The notes beneath the pieces were generated by a model, which saw only the letters and a program-made list of their open reading frames with translations, searched no databases and was not told where the DNA came from. Positions 35,348 through 43,859 of a DNA stretch of 43,859 nt are shown here, piece after piece. The stretch is from a virus (taxonomy: Duplodnaviria; Caudoviricetes), in the IMG/VR virus record IMGVR_UViG_3300037483_000714, positions 1-43,859 of that record. The stretch is one strand, 5' to 3'. Position numbers and translations under genes: made by a program. Numbering within the stretch: the stretch's first letter is position 1; each line of letters begins with the position of its first letter.

Positions 35348-37189
35348 ATGACTACAGAGGTCGAGGTGAAGCCGGAGGTGCTGGACGCCAGGATGCTGGC
35401 CGTGAAGGACGTGGTCGAGTCGCCTGTCAACCCGCGCCACGTGCGGAATGAGGCGGCGATGCTCGAGCTGACGGCCAGCGTGCGGGAGGTCGGCGTGTGC
35501 GAGCCGGTGATCGTGCGGCCGCACCCGAAGAAGAAGGGCAAGTGGGAGCTGCTGGCCGGCAGCCGCCGGCTGGAGGCCTCGCGCCGGGCGAAGCGCGCAG
35601 AGATCCCGGCCGTGGTGCGCGATCTGGACGATGAGCAGGCGTTCCGCATCACGGTCATCGAGAACCTGCAACGGGAAGACCTGACGCCGTTCGAGCAGAG
35701 CGAGGCGATCCGGGCGATGCAGGGCAAGGGCTGGGAGATCGAGACCATCGCGGCGCAGCTGGGCAAGAGCCCGTCGTGGGTCGCCCGGCGCGCGGCGCTG
35801 GGGAACCTGACGCCGGCATGGCAGGCGGCGCTGCTGTGCGAGCCGCCTCCCAAGTCGAGCGTGGACGCGATGCGGGCGAAGCTGCTGGCGCACGTGCTCG
35901 AGTACCCCGGCGACTTCGCTCCCGACGAGCGGGACGGCCTGGCGGAGGCGGATGCCGACGAGATCGAAGAGATCTACGAAGCGCTGTTCGGGGACCTGGA
36001 CGCGCCCGGATCGGCCACGCCGGGGAACCGGCTCCACTCCGAGCACCTGGCCGAGTGGCCGGTCGGCCACCTCGAGCTGATCGCCCGGAACGAGCCCGAA
36101 GTCCAGGCGAAGGTCCTCGAACCGCACGCCCGCCGATGGATGAGCGACGACATCCCCACGCGCGCCGCGCTGGAGAAGGAGATCTCGGGGCACCTTCGCA
36201 AGCTGGCCACGGCGCAATGGAGCCCGAAGGACGCCGAGCTGATCGCGGAGGCCGGGGCCTGCGCGGAGTGCACCAAGCGGTCGGCCGCCAGGCCCCTGCT
36301 CTTTGCCGAGCTGCAGGGGGACGCCGCCGGCGACCGCTGCCTGGACCCCTCCTGCTGGGAGCGCAAGCAGCAGGCATGGGTGGAGCGGAAGGCGGCCGAG
36401 ATCCGCGAGGCGCACGGCAAGGACGTCAAGATCGTGCTGGTCAAGGACCAGTACAACTCCCGCGTGCCGAAGCTGGCGGGCAAGTCGCAGGTCGTCGAGA
36501 ACTACCAGGTGAAGAAGTGCAAGCGGAACGTCGAAGGCGCGCGCCCGTGCCTGCGCGTCGACGGCGCCGGCGCCGGCGAGGTGTTCTACGCGCTGACCAA
36601 CCGGCAGATGGCGTCGCGGCTGCCGTCGAGCCCGGGCCCCACCCCGCTCTCTGCGCGGCGAGAGCAGCTCGAGGCGAAGCGCGCGAAGCGCTTCATCGAG
36701 ATCGTGGTCACGGCCCTCCACGACGACGAGAAGCCGCGCAGCTGCGCCGAGCTGGTGCGCCTGGCGGCGACGTTCGGGACGATGCAGCCCGGCGGCAGGA
36801 TGACGCCCGAGACCTGGGAGGCCTTTGAGAAGGAGGCGGACCGGGGCGAGGAGTGCGTCGAGGCCCGGGCGATGCTGTGGGCCCGCATCAAGCCAGAGCT
36901 GCGTAGCCGGGTGAAGTTCTACGACGTGAGAGGCGCGAGCAGCCGGCTGCCGGAGGCGCGCGACCTGGCCGCCTACCTGGGCGTCGACGGCAAGGGGCTG
37001 TGGAAGCGGGTGTGCGACGAGATCCCGGAGCCGAAGGGCTGGGCCAAGCTCAATGCCGATGGCACGCCGCGCGGCCCGGCCGCGTCCGCAGGGGGCAAGC
37101 CCTCCACACGGATGGCGGGCAAGTCAACGGCGCCGGCGAAGAGCCTTGGACGCAAGGGCAAGGCGCCAACCAGAAACGAGGAACCATGA
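35348..37189 (+). CDS. ParB/RepB/Spo0J-family protein (large, PRTRC ParB-like)
   Basis: NPR...EPVIVRP...LLAGSRRLEA...ENLQREDL, HTH, GACAECTKRS, CLDPSCW. Confidence 0.88.
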   Translation: MTTEVEVKPEVLDARMLAVKDVVESPVNPRHVRNEAAMLELTASVREVGVCEPVIVRPHPKKKGKWELLAGSRRLEASRRAKRAEIPAVVRDLDDEQAFRITVIENLQREDLTPFEQSEAIRAMQGKGWEIETIAAQLGKSPSWVARRAALGNLTPAWQAALLCEPPPKSSVDAMRAKLLAHVLEYPGDFAPDERDGLAEADADEIEEIYEALFGDLDAPGSATPGNRLHSEHLAEWPVGHLELIARNEPEVQAKVLEPHARRWMSDDIPTRAALEKEISGHLRKLATAQWSPKDAELIAEAGACAECTKRSAARPLLFAELQGDAAGDRCLDPSCWERKQQAWVERKAAEIREAHGKDVKIVLVKDQYNSRVPKLAGKSQVVENYQVKKCKRNVEGARPCLRVDGAGAGEVFYALTNRQMASRLPSSPGPTPLSARREQLEAKRAKRFIEIVVTALHDDEKPRSCAELVRLAATFGTMQPGGRMTPETWEAFEKEADRGEECVEARAMLWARIKPELRSRVKFYDVRGASSRLPEARDLAAYLGVDGKGLWKRVCDEIPEPKGWAKLNADGTPRGPAASAGGKPSTRMAGKSTAPAKSLGRKGKAPTRNEEP

Positions 37190-37587
37190 ACCAGGAACCA
37201 GCCGTTGACGTGCCCATGGACGCGGGTCCCCGAGGGACCATGCATTGGTCGGAGCCGGAGGCGCGGGACTTCCTGGCCTGGATCTGGCGGGCGGGCGGCT
37301 CGGGGACGGGCCGGGAGTACGTCACGGCCACCGATCGCATGCACCCGAACAACGGGGCGGAGTCGGCGCGGCGCTGGCTCGGCTCCCTTGGCGTTGCCGA
37401 GCCGGAGACCTGCGTGACATGGACGGAGGAGGGGAAGACGCCGGCCGGCCGCGTCATCGGCGTCTACCGCCTGCGCGCGGATGTGATGGAGCTGATGCGC
37501 TACGGGCTGCTGACCGATCCGGCCTGGGCGATCCGGGCCCAGCGAGACGCTGCGCGGCGCCGCGGCGCGACGGCAAGTCTTTTCTGA
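37186..37587 (+). CDS. Hypothetical protein
   Basis: ATGA coupling to parB. Confidence 0.55.
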   Translation: MNQEPAVDVPMDAGPRGTMHWSEPEARDFLAWIWRAGGSGTGREYVTATDRMHPNNGAESARRWLGSLGVAEPETCVTWTEEGKTPAGRVIGVYRLRADVMELMRYGLLTDPAWAIRAQRDAARRRGATASLF

Positions 37588-37659
37588 GGCAACACCTCGG
37601 GGGGCAGCGTGCCCCCCGAACCCCGCGTGCGGGGTAGGAAAACGAAAGGCAGGGTACTG

Positions 37660-38274
37660 ATGGCCAAGTGCACGAAGTGCGAAGGCGAAGGGCAGGTGGC
37701 GAATACGGATCAGCATGAGCCCTGGTCACTATGGGAGCAGCTGCCGGCGGGGAGCGATGCGGCGGTGCGCTCGGGCCTGGTGCGGCCGATCCCCTGTCTG
37801 GCCTGCGGCGGATCGGGCGAGTCCGCAGTGGCCTTACCCCCAGTCGCAAGGCGCCGGGCGCCTACGGCGTTCGACCTGGCGGTGGGCTTTCTGCGAGACG
37901 AGCGGCGCAAGCAGGTGGAGGAGAAGAAGGGGTTCACGGCGGAGCACGACGACGAGCACACGCCGCGCGATTGGCTCTGCCTGATCGACTGTGAGATGGT
38001 CTGCCTGGAGGCGGACATGGAGCATGGCCGCGAGCCAATCACGGGGTACGTGAAACTGGCGGCGGTGGCCGTGGCCGCCATCGAGGCAGAGCTGAGGCGG
38101 GCGGCGGGGGAGGCAAAGGGGTCCCGGGTTCCTGGTTCCGGGTTCCCTTCGACTCCGCTCAGGGCAGGCCTGGTTGACGGCGAAGGCAGGGCGACGGGAG
38201 AGGCGGTGCCGCACGGGACGCTGCGCGGGTCGCCGTGCTGTCCGGGGCCGGGGAGAGGGACATGCCGGAGCTGA
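37660..38274 (+). CDS. Hypothetical protein with CxxCxGxG zinc motifs and ERxxQ..GFTAEHDD domain
   Basis: CTKCEGEG and CLACGGSG; C-terminus built from repeats. Confidence 0.6.
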   Translation: MAKCTKCEGEGQVANTDQHEPWSLWEQLPAGSDAAVRSGLVRPIPCLACGGSGESAVALPPVARRRAPTAFDLAVGFLRDERRKQVEEKKGFTAEHDDEHTPRDWLCLIDCEMVCLEADMEHGREPITGYVKLAAVAVAAIEAELRRAAGEAKGSRVPGSGFPSTPLRAGLVDGEGRATGEAVPHGTLRGSPCCPGPGRGTCRS

Positions 38275-38422
38275 GCGGGCAGACGGGCATCGGGGTGATG
38301 GACCTGGTCGACTGGATCGATCGGCGGGCCTGGTGGCGCGTGGCGAGGCCGGTCCTGGCGGCGTTCTGGCGCGCGGCCGTGGCCCCGCTGGTCGATTGGC
38401 TCTTGTTCGGGGAGTTACTGCG

Positions 38423-39385
38423 ATGACTGGTCGGATGGCAAGCGCGGTGGACATGATCGGGGCGGATCGGCTGGCGCGGGGGGTGTACTGGGGGCGGGCG
38501 TGGAACCTGGTCGGCGGGTGCACGCACGCATCGGCGGGGTGCGCGCACTGCTGGGCCGAGCGGGAGGCCTGGCGGTTCCGAGAGAAGCCCTTCTACAAGG
38601 ACCTGACCCGCCCGACGGGTGGCACGGCACAGGGAGAGTGGACGGGGGAGGTGCGCCTGCGGGAGGAGCTGCTCGACCTGCCGTTGCACGTGCGCAAATC
38701 GACCGTCTGGGCGATCTGGACGGACCTGTTCCATGTGGCCGTCCCGCACGGCTTCATTGACAGGGCGCTGGACGTCATGTCGGCATGTCCTCAGCACCGC
38801 TTCCTCGTGCTCACGAAGCGGGCGGAGAGGATCGAGTCGGGACTCTACGAGGTCACCAGGGACACGCCGTGCCGCGAGCTGGGCGGGGGAGACTACCTGC
38901 CGAACGTGGCCCTGGGCGCGACGGCCGAGAACCAGGAGCAGGCGGACGCGCGCATTCCGGCGCTGCTGGACATGCCGGCGGCGATGCGGTTCGTGAGCTG
39001 CGAGCCGCTGTTGGGGCCGCTGCGCCTTGACCACATCGTCGGACGTCGGGCGCTGATTGGCTGGGTGATCGTCGGTTGCGAGTCCGGCCCGGGCCGGCGG
39101 CCGACGCGGCTGGAGTGGGTGCGGGACGTGGTGCGGCAGTGCCGGCAGGCGCGGGTGCCGTGCTTCGTCAAGCAGATCGAGCTCAGTGACGGATATGTGC
39201 AGATGATGGTCGAGACCTACGGCGGCCGGGTGAGCCACGCCCCGAGCGAGTGGCCGGCGGACGTGCGGGTGCGGCAGTTGCCGGAAGGCTGGCTCACCAC
39301 AGATTTGCCCGCCGGCCGTGAGGCGGGGAGCACAGAGGGCACAGAGGGAAGGCGCTCGGAGCGCCAGGAGGGTGGTGAGGCATGA
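38423..39385 (+). CDS. DUF5131 / phage Gp37Gp68 family protein
   Basis: WNLVGGCTHASAGCAHCWAE, TDLFH, LTKR, FVSCEPLLGP, WVIVGCESG, FVKQ. Confidence 0.9.
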   Translation: MTGRMASAVDMIGADRLARGVYWGRAWNLVGGCTHASAGCAHCWAEREAWRFREKPFYKDLTRPTGGTAQGEWTGEVRLREELLDLPLHVRKSTVWAIWTDLFHVAVPHGFIDRALDVMSACPQHRFLVLTKRAERIESGLYEVTRDTPCRELGGGDYLPNVALGATAENQEQADARIPALLDMPAAMRFVSCEPLLGPLRLDHIVGRRALIGWVIVGCESGPGRRPTRLEWVRDVVRQCRQARVPCFVKQIELSDGYVQMMVETYGGRVSHAPSEWPADVRVRQLPEGWLTTDLPAGREAGSTEGTEGRRSERQEGGEA

Positions 39386-39624
39386 CGGGGAGGAGGCGAG
39401 CGCCGGCCGGGGAGTCCCTGAGGATCTACGTGTTCCGGTGGCGGAACAACGCGAAGCGGAACGACCTGTATGGGAGGCAATGTAAGGTGGTGACCCGCCT
39501 GAAGCGGAACAGCGCCGTGGTCGAGTTTGTGGACAACGGCCAGCTCGAAGTGGTGAGCCGGAACGCGCTGGTGAGGGCGGACGAGTGGAAGCCGGGCGTG
39601 CCACATGGTAGGAGAACGACATGA
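39382..39624 (+). CDS. Hypothetical protein
   Basis: Y.FRW.NN.KR..LYGR.C...NSA.VEF..VSRNAL pattern; coupled ORF. Confidence 0.6.
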   Translation: MTGRRRAPAGESLRIYVFRWRNNAKRNDLYGRQCKVVTRLKRNSAVVEFVDNGQLEVVSRNALVRADEWKPGVPHGRRTT

Positions 39625-40058
39625 AGGTCCTGACGGTGTGCCAGCCGTATGCGGGGGCCATTGCGGACGGACGCAAGCCCGTCGAGAACCGGACCTGGCC
39701 GACGTCTTACCGCGGGCCGCTGCTGATCCATGCGGGGAAGAGCCGGGCCTGGCTGTCCACCTGGGAGGAGGAGTTGGACGGGCCACTGCCGGCGACGATG
39801 TTTTTCGGCGCCATCGTGGCGAAGGTGCAGCTTGTGGAGTGTTGCCGCATCGAGGATTTGGCGTCGCGGCATCCCGAGCTGGCGGACCATCCGCACGCGA
39901 GCGGCCCGTGGTGCTGGGTGCTGGCCGATGTGGAGGCGCTGCGGCGTCCGGTGCCCTGTCCTGGCGCGCGCGGGTTGTGGGAGATCGCCTGGCCGACGAC
40001 ACAGACGCTGGCCGAGATCGTGCGGCCGAAGCAGGAGCAGAAGGGACTTTTCAGATGA
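39621..40058 (+). CDS. ASCH-domain protein
   Basis: LTVCQPYA..I..G.KPVENRTW...YRGPLLIHAG...GARGLW. Confidence 0.9.
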   Translation: MKVLTVCQPYAGAIADGRKPVENRTWPTSYRGPLLIHAGKSRAWLSTWEEELDGPLPATMFFGAIVAKVQLVECCRIEDLASRHPELADHPHASGPWCWVLADVEALRRPVPCPGARGLWEIAWPTTQTLAEIVRPKQEQKGLFR

Positions 40059-40408
40059 CCGTCGAGGCCCTGGCCGAGCTGCTCAGTAACTACCGCTTCC
40101 GGGCGGAGGGGGAGCACATGCTTCAGGACGGTATCGCCGAGGCCCTGAGCTTAGAGGGCGTGAGCAGTGTCCGCGAGCACCGGATGGAAAGTGACCAGCC
40201 GGACTTCTGGCTGCCGGAGGACCGCATCGCCATCGAGGTGAAGGTGGGCGGCGGCATGGCCTCGGTGATGCGCCAGGTAGACCGCTACTGCCAGAACAGC
40301 GATGTCACCGGCGTCCTGCTGGTGACCACCAGGATGAGCCATAGGGGCATGCCGCGCTCGCTGCACGGCAAGCCAATACGGATCCTATGGGTCGGGGGGA
40401 TTGCCTGA
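40055..40408 (+). CDS. PD-(D/E)XK-like nuclease
   Basis: E..LQ...E...PDF......IEVK...Q..RY. Confidence 0.7.
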   Translation: MTVEALAELLSNYRFRAEGEHMLQDGIAEALSLEGVSSVREHRMESDQPDFWLPEDRIAIEVKVGGGMASVMRQVDRYCQNSDVTGVLLVTTRMSHRGMPRSLHGKPIRILWVGGIA

Positions 40409-42102
40409 TGCGCACGTTCGGGACAGCGCACCTCATGCCACCACCCCCCATCGAGGGGCCGAAGCGCTGGCTCATCGACGCCGAGCCGCACGTCCGGATG
40501 ATGCTGCGGCGGGTGTTCGCGGGGGTGCCGAAGTCCGGCCAGATTTACCTGGACGCGACGGCCTCGAACTGCCGCGACCTGGAATGGTTTCTCCTGCGGT
40601 ATCCGCTCGAGGTTAGCGAGCCGGCCTTCCTGCACGCGCAGGCGGCCCTTCACCGCGACACCATGCGGCGCATCGAGGATGTGATGGGGGGCAAAGGCAA
40701 CGGGAAGGTATTCGACCTGGCGCTGCCCCTGCGCGACTACCAGAAACAAGCGACGGAGGTCTACCTCGCGCGCGGCAGCCTGCTGCTGGCCGACGACCTG
40801 GGCCTGGGCAAGACTGCCGTCGCGATCGGGAGCTTCTGCGAGCCGTCCGCGCTGCCGGCCGTCGTAGTCACGCTGACGCACCTGACGTTCCAGTGGGAGC
40901 ACGAGATAAGGAAATTTGCGCCGGGATTGAGGTCGCACATCATCAAGAACGGGGAGCCATACGAGCTGCCGACTGTGGATGGCAGGGGCCCCGACATCCT
41001 GATATTGAACTACCACAAGCTGGCCGGCTGGAGCGATTACCTGGAGGGGTGGGCGGCCTCCGTCATCTTCGATGAGTGCCAGGAGATCAGGCGCCAGGGC
41101 CAGCCCATGACGGCCAAGTATGAGGCGGCAGAGGCTGTGGCGGCGCGCTGCGCCTACCGCCTCGGCCTGAGCGCGACGCCGATCTACAACTACGGGGACG
41201 AGATGTGGAACATCCTCAACGTCCTCGCGCCGGGAAGCCTGGGCAGCTACTGGGAGTTCGCGCGGGAATGGTGCACGCACGTTTCCACGACGGGGGCCCG
41301 CGTCCGGGAGCCGGCCGCCCTCGGCAGCTTCCTGCGCGAGGAGTTCCTGATGCTGCGGCGGACGCGGGCAGAAGTGGGGCGCGAGCTGCCGCCGGTCCTC
41401 CGCATCCCGCACACCATTGAGAGCGACGCGAGGGAGCTGCTGAAGGTGAAGGAGAGCGCGGCCGAGCTGGCGCGCATCATCGTGAAGCGCGCGGCCGCGA
41501 CCCAGGAGGAGCGCTACGTCGCCGGCGGGCAGTTCGACATGCTCATGCGCCAGGCGACGGGGATCGCGAAGGCGCCCTATGTGGCGGACTTCGTGCAGGT
41601 CCTGCTGCAAAGCGAGCAGCGGATCGTCCTGGCCGGCTGGCATCGGGAGGTCTACGGCATGTGGGAGGAGCGGCTGGGGGCGTCCGGCATCCGCTACGTC
41701 TACTACACGGGGACGGAGAGCCCTCTGCAGAAGCAGAAGGCGTTCGACGCCTTCACGAAGGGCGACGCACAGGTGTTGTTCCTGAGCCTGCGGAGCGGCG
41801 CGGGCCTGGAGGGCCTCCAGGAGGCATGCAATGTGATTGTGTTCGGGGAGCTGGACTGGAGCCCAGGCGTGCACGAGCAGTGCATCGGGAGGCTGCACAG
41901 GGATGGGCTGACGGGTCCGGTCACGGCCTACTACCTGATCGCGGAGGACGGGGCGGACCCCGTGATGGCGGACGTCCTGGGCGTCAAGAGGGAGCAGGCG
42001 GCCGGGATCCGCGACCCAGACGCGCCGCTCATTGAGAGGCTGGACCGGGGAGGCGGCCACGTGGCGGAGATGGCGCGCCGGTTCTTGGCACAGGGAGGCT
42101 GA
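40408..42102 (+). CDS. SNF2-family helicase/ATPase
   Basis: LLADDLGLGKT, DECQ, LSATP, MLRRT, GLEGLQ, QCIGRLHR. Confidence 0.92.
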   Translation: MRTFGTAHLMPPPPIEGPKRWLIDAEPHVRMMLRRVFAGVPKSGQIYLDATASNCRDLEWFLLRYPLEVSEPAFLHAQAALHRDTMRRIEDVMGGKGNGKVFDLALPLRDYQKQATEVYLARGSLLLADDLGLGKTAVAIGSFCEPSALPAVVVTLTHLTFQWEHEIRKFAPGLRSHIIKNGEPYELPTVDGRGPDILILNYHKLAGWSDYLEGWAASVIFDECQEIRRQGQPMTAKYEAAEAVAARCAYRLGLSATPIYNYGDEMWNILNVLAPGSLGSYWEFAREWCTHVSTTGARVREPAALGSFLREEFLMLRRTRAEVGRELPPVLRIPHTIESDARELLKVKESAAELARIIVKRAAATQEERYVAGGQFDMLMRQATGIAKAPYVADFVQVLLQSEQRIVLAGWHREVYGMWEERLGASGIRYVYYTGTESPLQKQKAFDAFTKGDAQVLFLSLRSGAGLEGLQEACNVIVFGELDWSPGVHEQCIGRLHRDGLTGPVTAYYLIAEDGADPVMADVLGVKREQAAGIRDPDAPLIERLDRGGGHVAEMARRFLAQGG

Positions 42103-42104
42103 GC

Positions 42105-42524
42105 ATGAAGATCACGACGGTGACGGTGAGGCTGGGGAAGACGGTGCCCAATCCGCTGCGCGAGTTCTCCAACCTGCGCGCGGACGTGGAACTGACGGCT
42201 ACGCCGGGCAAGGGCAGCCGCTCCGATGAGACCTACGCCGCACTGAGGGCCAAGGTCGAAGCGCTCCTCGACCGGACGCTTGCGGCGATGCGGGCGGAGG
42301 AGGAAGCGCTCTACCTGGAGCACGTCAAGGGCTGGCACCCGCTCTGCACCTGCGGCCACTCGATCTTCAGCGCGCACGGGCGGTGGGAGGACCGGGGCGT
42401 GGCCAGCGGCGGCCACGGGCCCTGCCTGGACCCGGCGCACGGCACCACGTGCGGCTGGGCGGACGAGGAGGCAACGCTCTGCACGTTCTGCGCGGCGCGC
42501 CAGGGCGAACAGCCGCCCTTCTGA
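42105..42524 (+). CDS. Hypothetical protein with Cys/His C-terminus
   Basis: GGAGG RBS. Confidence 0.6.
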   Translation: MKITTVTVRLGKTVPNPLREFSNLRADVELTATPGKGSRSDETYAALRAKVEALLDRTLAAMRAEEEALYLEHVKGWHPLCTCGHSIFSAHGRWEDRGVASGGHGPCLDPAHGTTCGWADEEATLCTFCAARQGEQPPF

Positions 42525-42540
42525 GCCGACAAGGAGCACG

Positions 42541-42753
42541 ATGATGGGTGAGGGGCCTGCCCACGACGTCCGGTGGAGGCAGATGGAGGCCGAGGTGAAG
42601 GCCATCCGGCGGGCGTATTCCGTTGGCCTGTCGGTCGTGCGCCTGGCGCGGGCCTACCGGGTCAGCGGGACCGTGATGCGGGAGTTCCTTGTGGAGGTCG
42701 CCGGCGTGCGGATCCGCACGGACAGGGAAGGCTACGAGGCAGAGAAGAGATGA
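42541..42753 (+). CDS. Small HTH-like protein
   Basis: AAGGAG RBS; Y..GLSV..LA..Y.VS...GVRIR. Confidence 0.55.
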   Translation: MMGEGPAHDVRWRQMEAEVKAIRRAYSVGLSVVRLARAYRVSGTVMREFLVEVAGVRIRTDREGYEAEKR

Positions 42754-42882
42754 TCGGCGCGGGCGAACAAAGCGGGCGATGGCAAGCGGATGACGAGAAG
42801 AAGATTCTTCCGGAATCCGGCGAAAGAGGCCTTGATGTTCGGTCGGGAATGAGCCCTCATTCAGCAAGAACGGAGGTCATGA

Positions 42883-43859
42883 GTGGCTGACAGGCGGCCG
42901 CCCCCCACGATAGAGCTGCTGAAGCGCATCCTGGCGCTGCCGACGTCGGCGGCGTCGGCGACGCAGCGGATGGTGCTGACGGCCTACGCCTACCACGCCA
43001 ACGAGGGCTGGGCCGCATGGCCGAGCCAGGCGACGGTGGCGCGGGAGACCGGACTGCAGAGGACGACCGTCACGGAGATCGTCCGCCAGCTCGCGCAGCA
43101 GGGGCTGCTGCGGAGGGTCGGCACGCGGCCGAACAACGTGGCGATCTGGCGGCTGAAGCTGTCCGAAGCAGCGACCTCCACAGCCGAGGGCGGCTGTGCT
43201 ACACAGGCAAAGGGCGGCCTGCCGGTTGTCGGCGTAGCCGACACCCCCTGTCGGCGTAGCCGACAACCGGTTGTCGGCGTAGCCGACACTAACCTTCCAT
43301 CTGAACCTCTCAATGAACCTCTCTCTCCCGTCGAGCATGGCGAGCCGGGACCCGACCTGGCCAGCCGCCCGCTCCGGAAAGAGGCGGGAGAGAGAGCTTC
43401 TTGCGAAGAAGCACGTTCGTGGCAAGGCGAGTCCACGGGCCTCCACCAGGAACCAGGAACCTGGAACCCGCCACACGGAGGGCGGGCAAGCCAGGAACGG
43501 CCCGTTCAGCTCGCGTTGTCGGGCCTGCCGGAACGGGAGCTGAGGCGGATGTTGGAGGGTCTGGACGAGGACCGGCGGGAGGACCTGCTTGGCGTGCTCA
43601 AGGCGGCGTTCGCGGCCTACGGCGACCAGGGCGGGGCGGTGGTGGCCGGGCTGATCCGGCGCATGGCCGGCCGCGACCTCGGGCGGATCTGGAACCTGCG
43701 CTCCTACTGCAAGCCGGCCGTCGAGCAGGTCGCGGCAGAAGTCAGCCGCGAGTGCCTGGCCGAGCGGCGGCGGGAGATGGAGGAGCGGCAGCGCCTGGAG
43801 GCGGCGCAGGCGGCGGAGGAGGAGCGCCGGCGCCAGGCGGCGGGCGACGAGGCGGACCG
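42883..43859 (+). CDS. HTH replication initiator (lambda O/HTH_36-like), continues to 522
   Basis: GGAGG plus GTG start; LTAYAYHANEGWAAWPSQATVARETGLQRTTV..IVRQL.QQGLL; 449 aa when joined. Confidence 0.8.
   Translation, partial: MADRRPPPTIELLKRILALPTSAASATQRMVLTAYAYHANEGWAAWPSQATVARETGLQRTTVTEIVRQLAQQGLLRRVGTRPNNVAIWRLKLSEAATSTAEGGCATQAKGGLPVVGVADTPCRRSRQPVVGVADTNLPSEPLNEPLSPVEHGEPGPDLASRPLRKEAGERASCEEARSWQGESTGLHQEPGTWNPPHGGRASQERPVQLALSGLPERELRRMLEGLDEDRREDLLGVLKAAFAAYGDQGGAVVAGLIRRMAGRDLGRIWNLRSYCKPAVEQVAAEVSRECLAERRREMEERQRLEAAQAAEEERRRQAAGDEAD
43227..43288. repeat. Three palindromic iterons TGTCGGCGTAGCCGACA (putative origin)
   Basis: Exact 17-bp copies at 43227, 43249 and 43272 inside the initiator gene. 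Confidence 0.85.
43711..43859. repeat. Terminal overlap with 1-149
   Basis: 148/149 identity. Confidence 0.95.

Noticed and set aside
1-43859. tRNA or rRNA genes
   Set aside because: No convincing cloverleaf or T-loop context found by eye; a tRNAscan run would be needed to exclude them

Overview
This window is an apparently complete, circularly assembled ~43.7 kb GC-rich tailed-phage genome: bases 43711-43859 repeat bases 1-149 with one mismatch. The head and packaging module is lambda-like (Nu1-like small terminase, GpA-type large terminase, gpW-like protein, lambda-type portal, protease/scaffold, decoration protein, major capsid). The tail module is siphovirus-type (FII/Z/U-like proteins, tail tube, -1 frameshifted chaperone, 504-aa tape measure, Cys-rich tip proteins, a 1005-aa repeat/FN3 protein). 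The early/replication arm encodes HTH proteins, ParB, DUF5131, ASCH, a PD-(D/E)XK nuclease, an SNF2 helicase, an HTH replication initiator with internal iterons that spans the contig junction, an N6/N4 DNA methylase and a Mu Gam-like protein. Four accessory modules stand out. (1) A translationally coupled glycosyltransferase/methyltransferase cassette sits directly after the major capsid gene and is led by a PLOD/LH3-like GT that looks circularly permuted (candidate virion glycosylation system). (2) A leftward operon has a consensus promoter, a palindromic operator, three small unknown ORFs and a terminal XRE HTH gene (acr-aca-like architecture). (3) A catalytic-domain-only tyrosine recombinase lies next to a promoter bracketed by 9-bp inverted repeats. 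(4) A low-GC ParB / radical SAM / unknown ORF cassette lies upstream of the terminase. Dispersed REP-like and 39-bp repeat families occur in both coding and intergenic DNA. No endolysin, CI-type repressor or full-length integrase was recognised. All family assignments are by eye from motifs and gene order; no database search was run.
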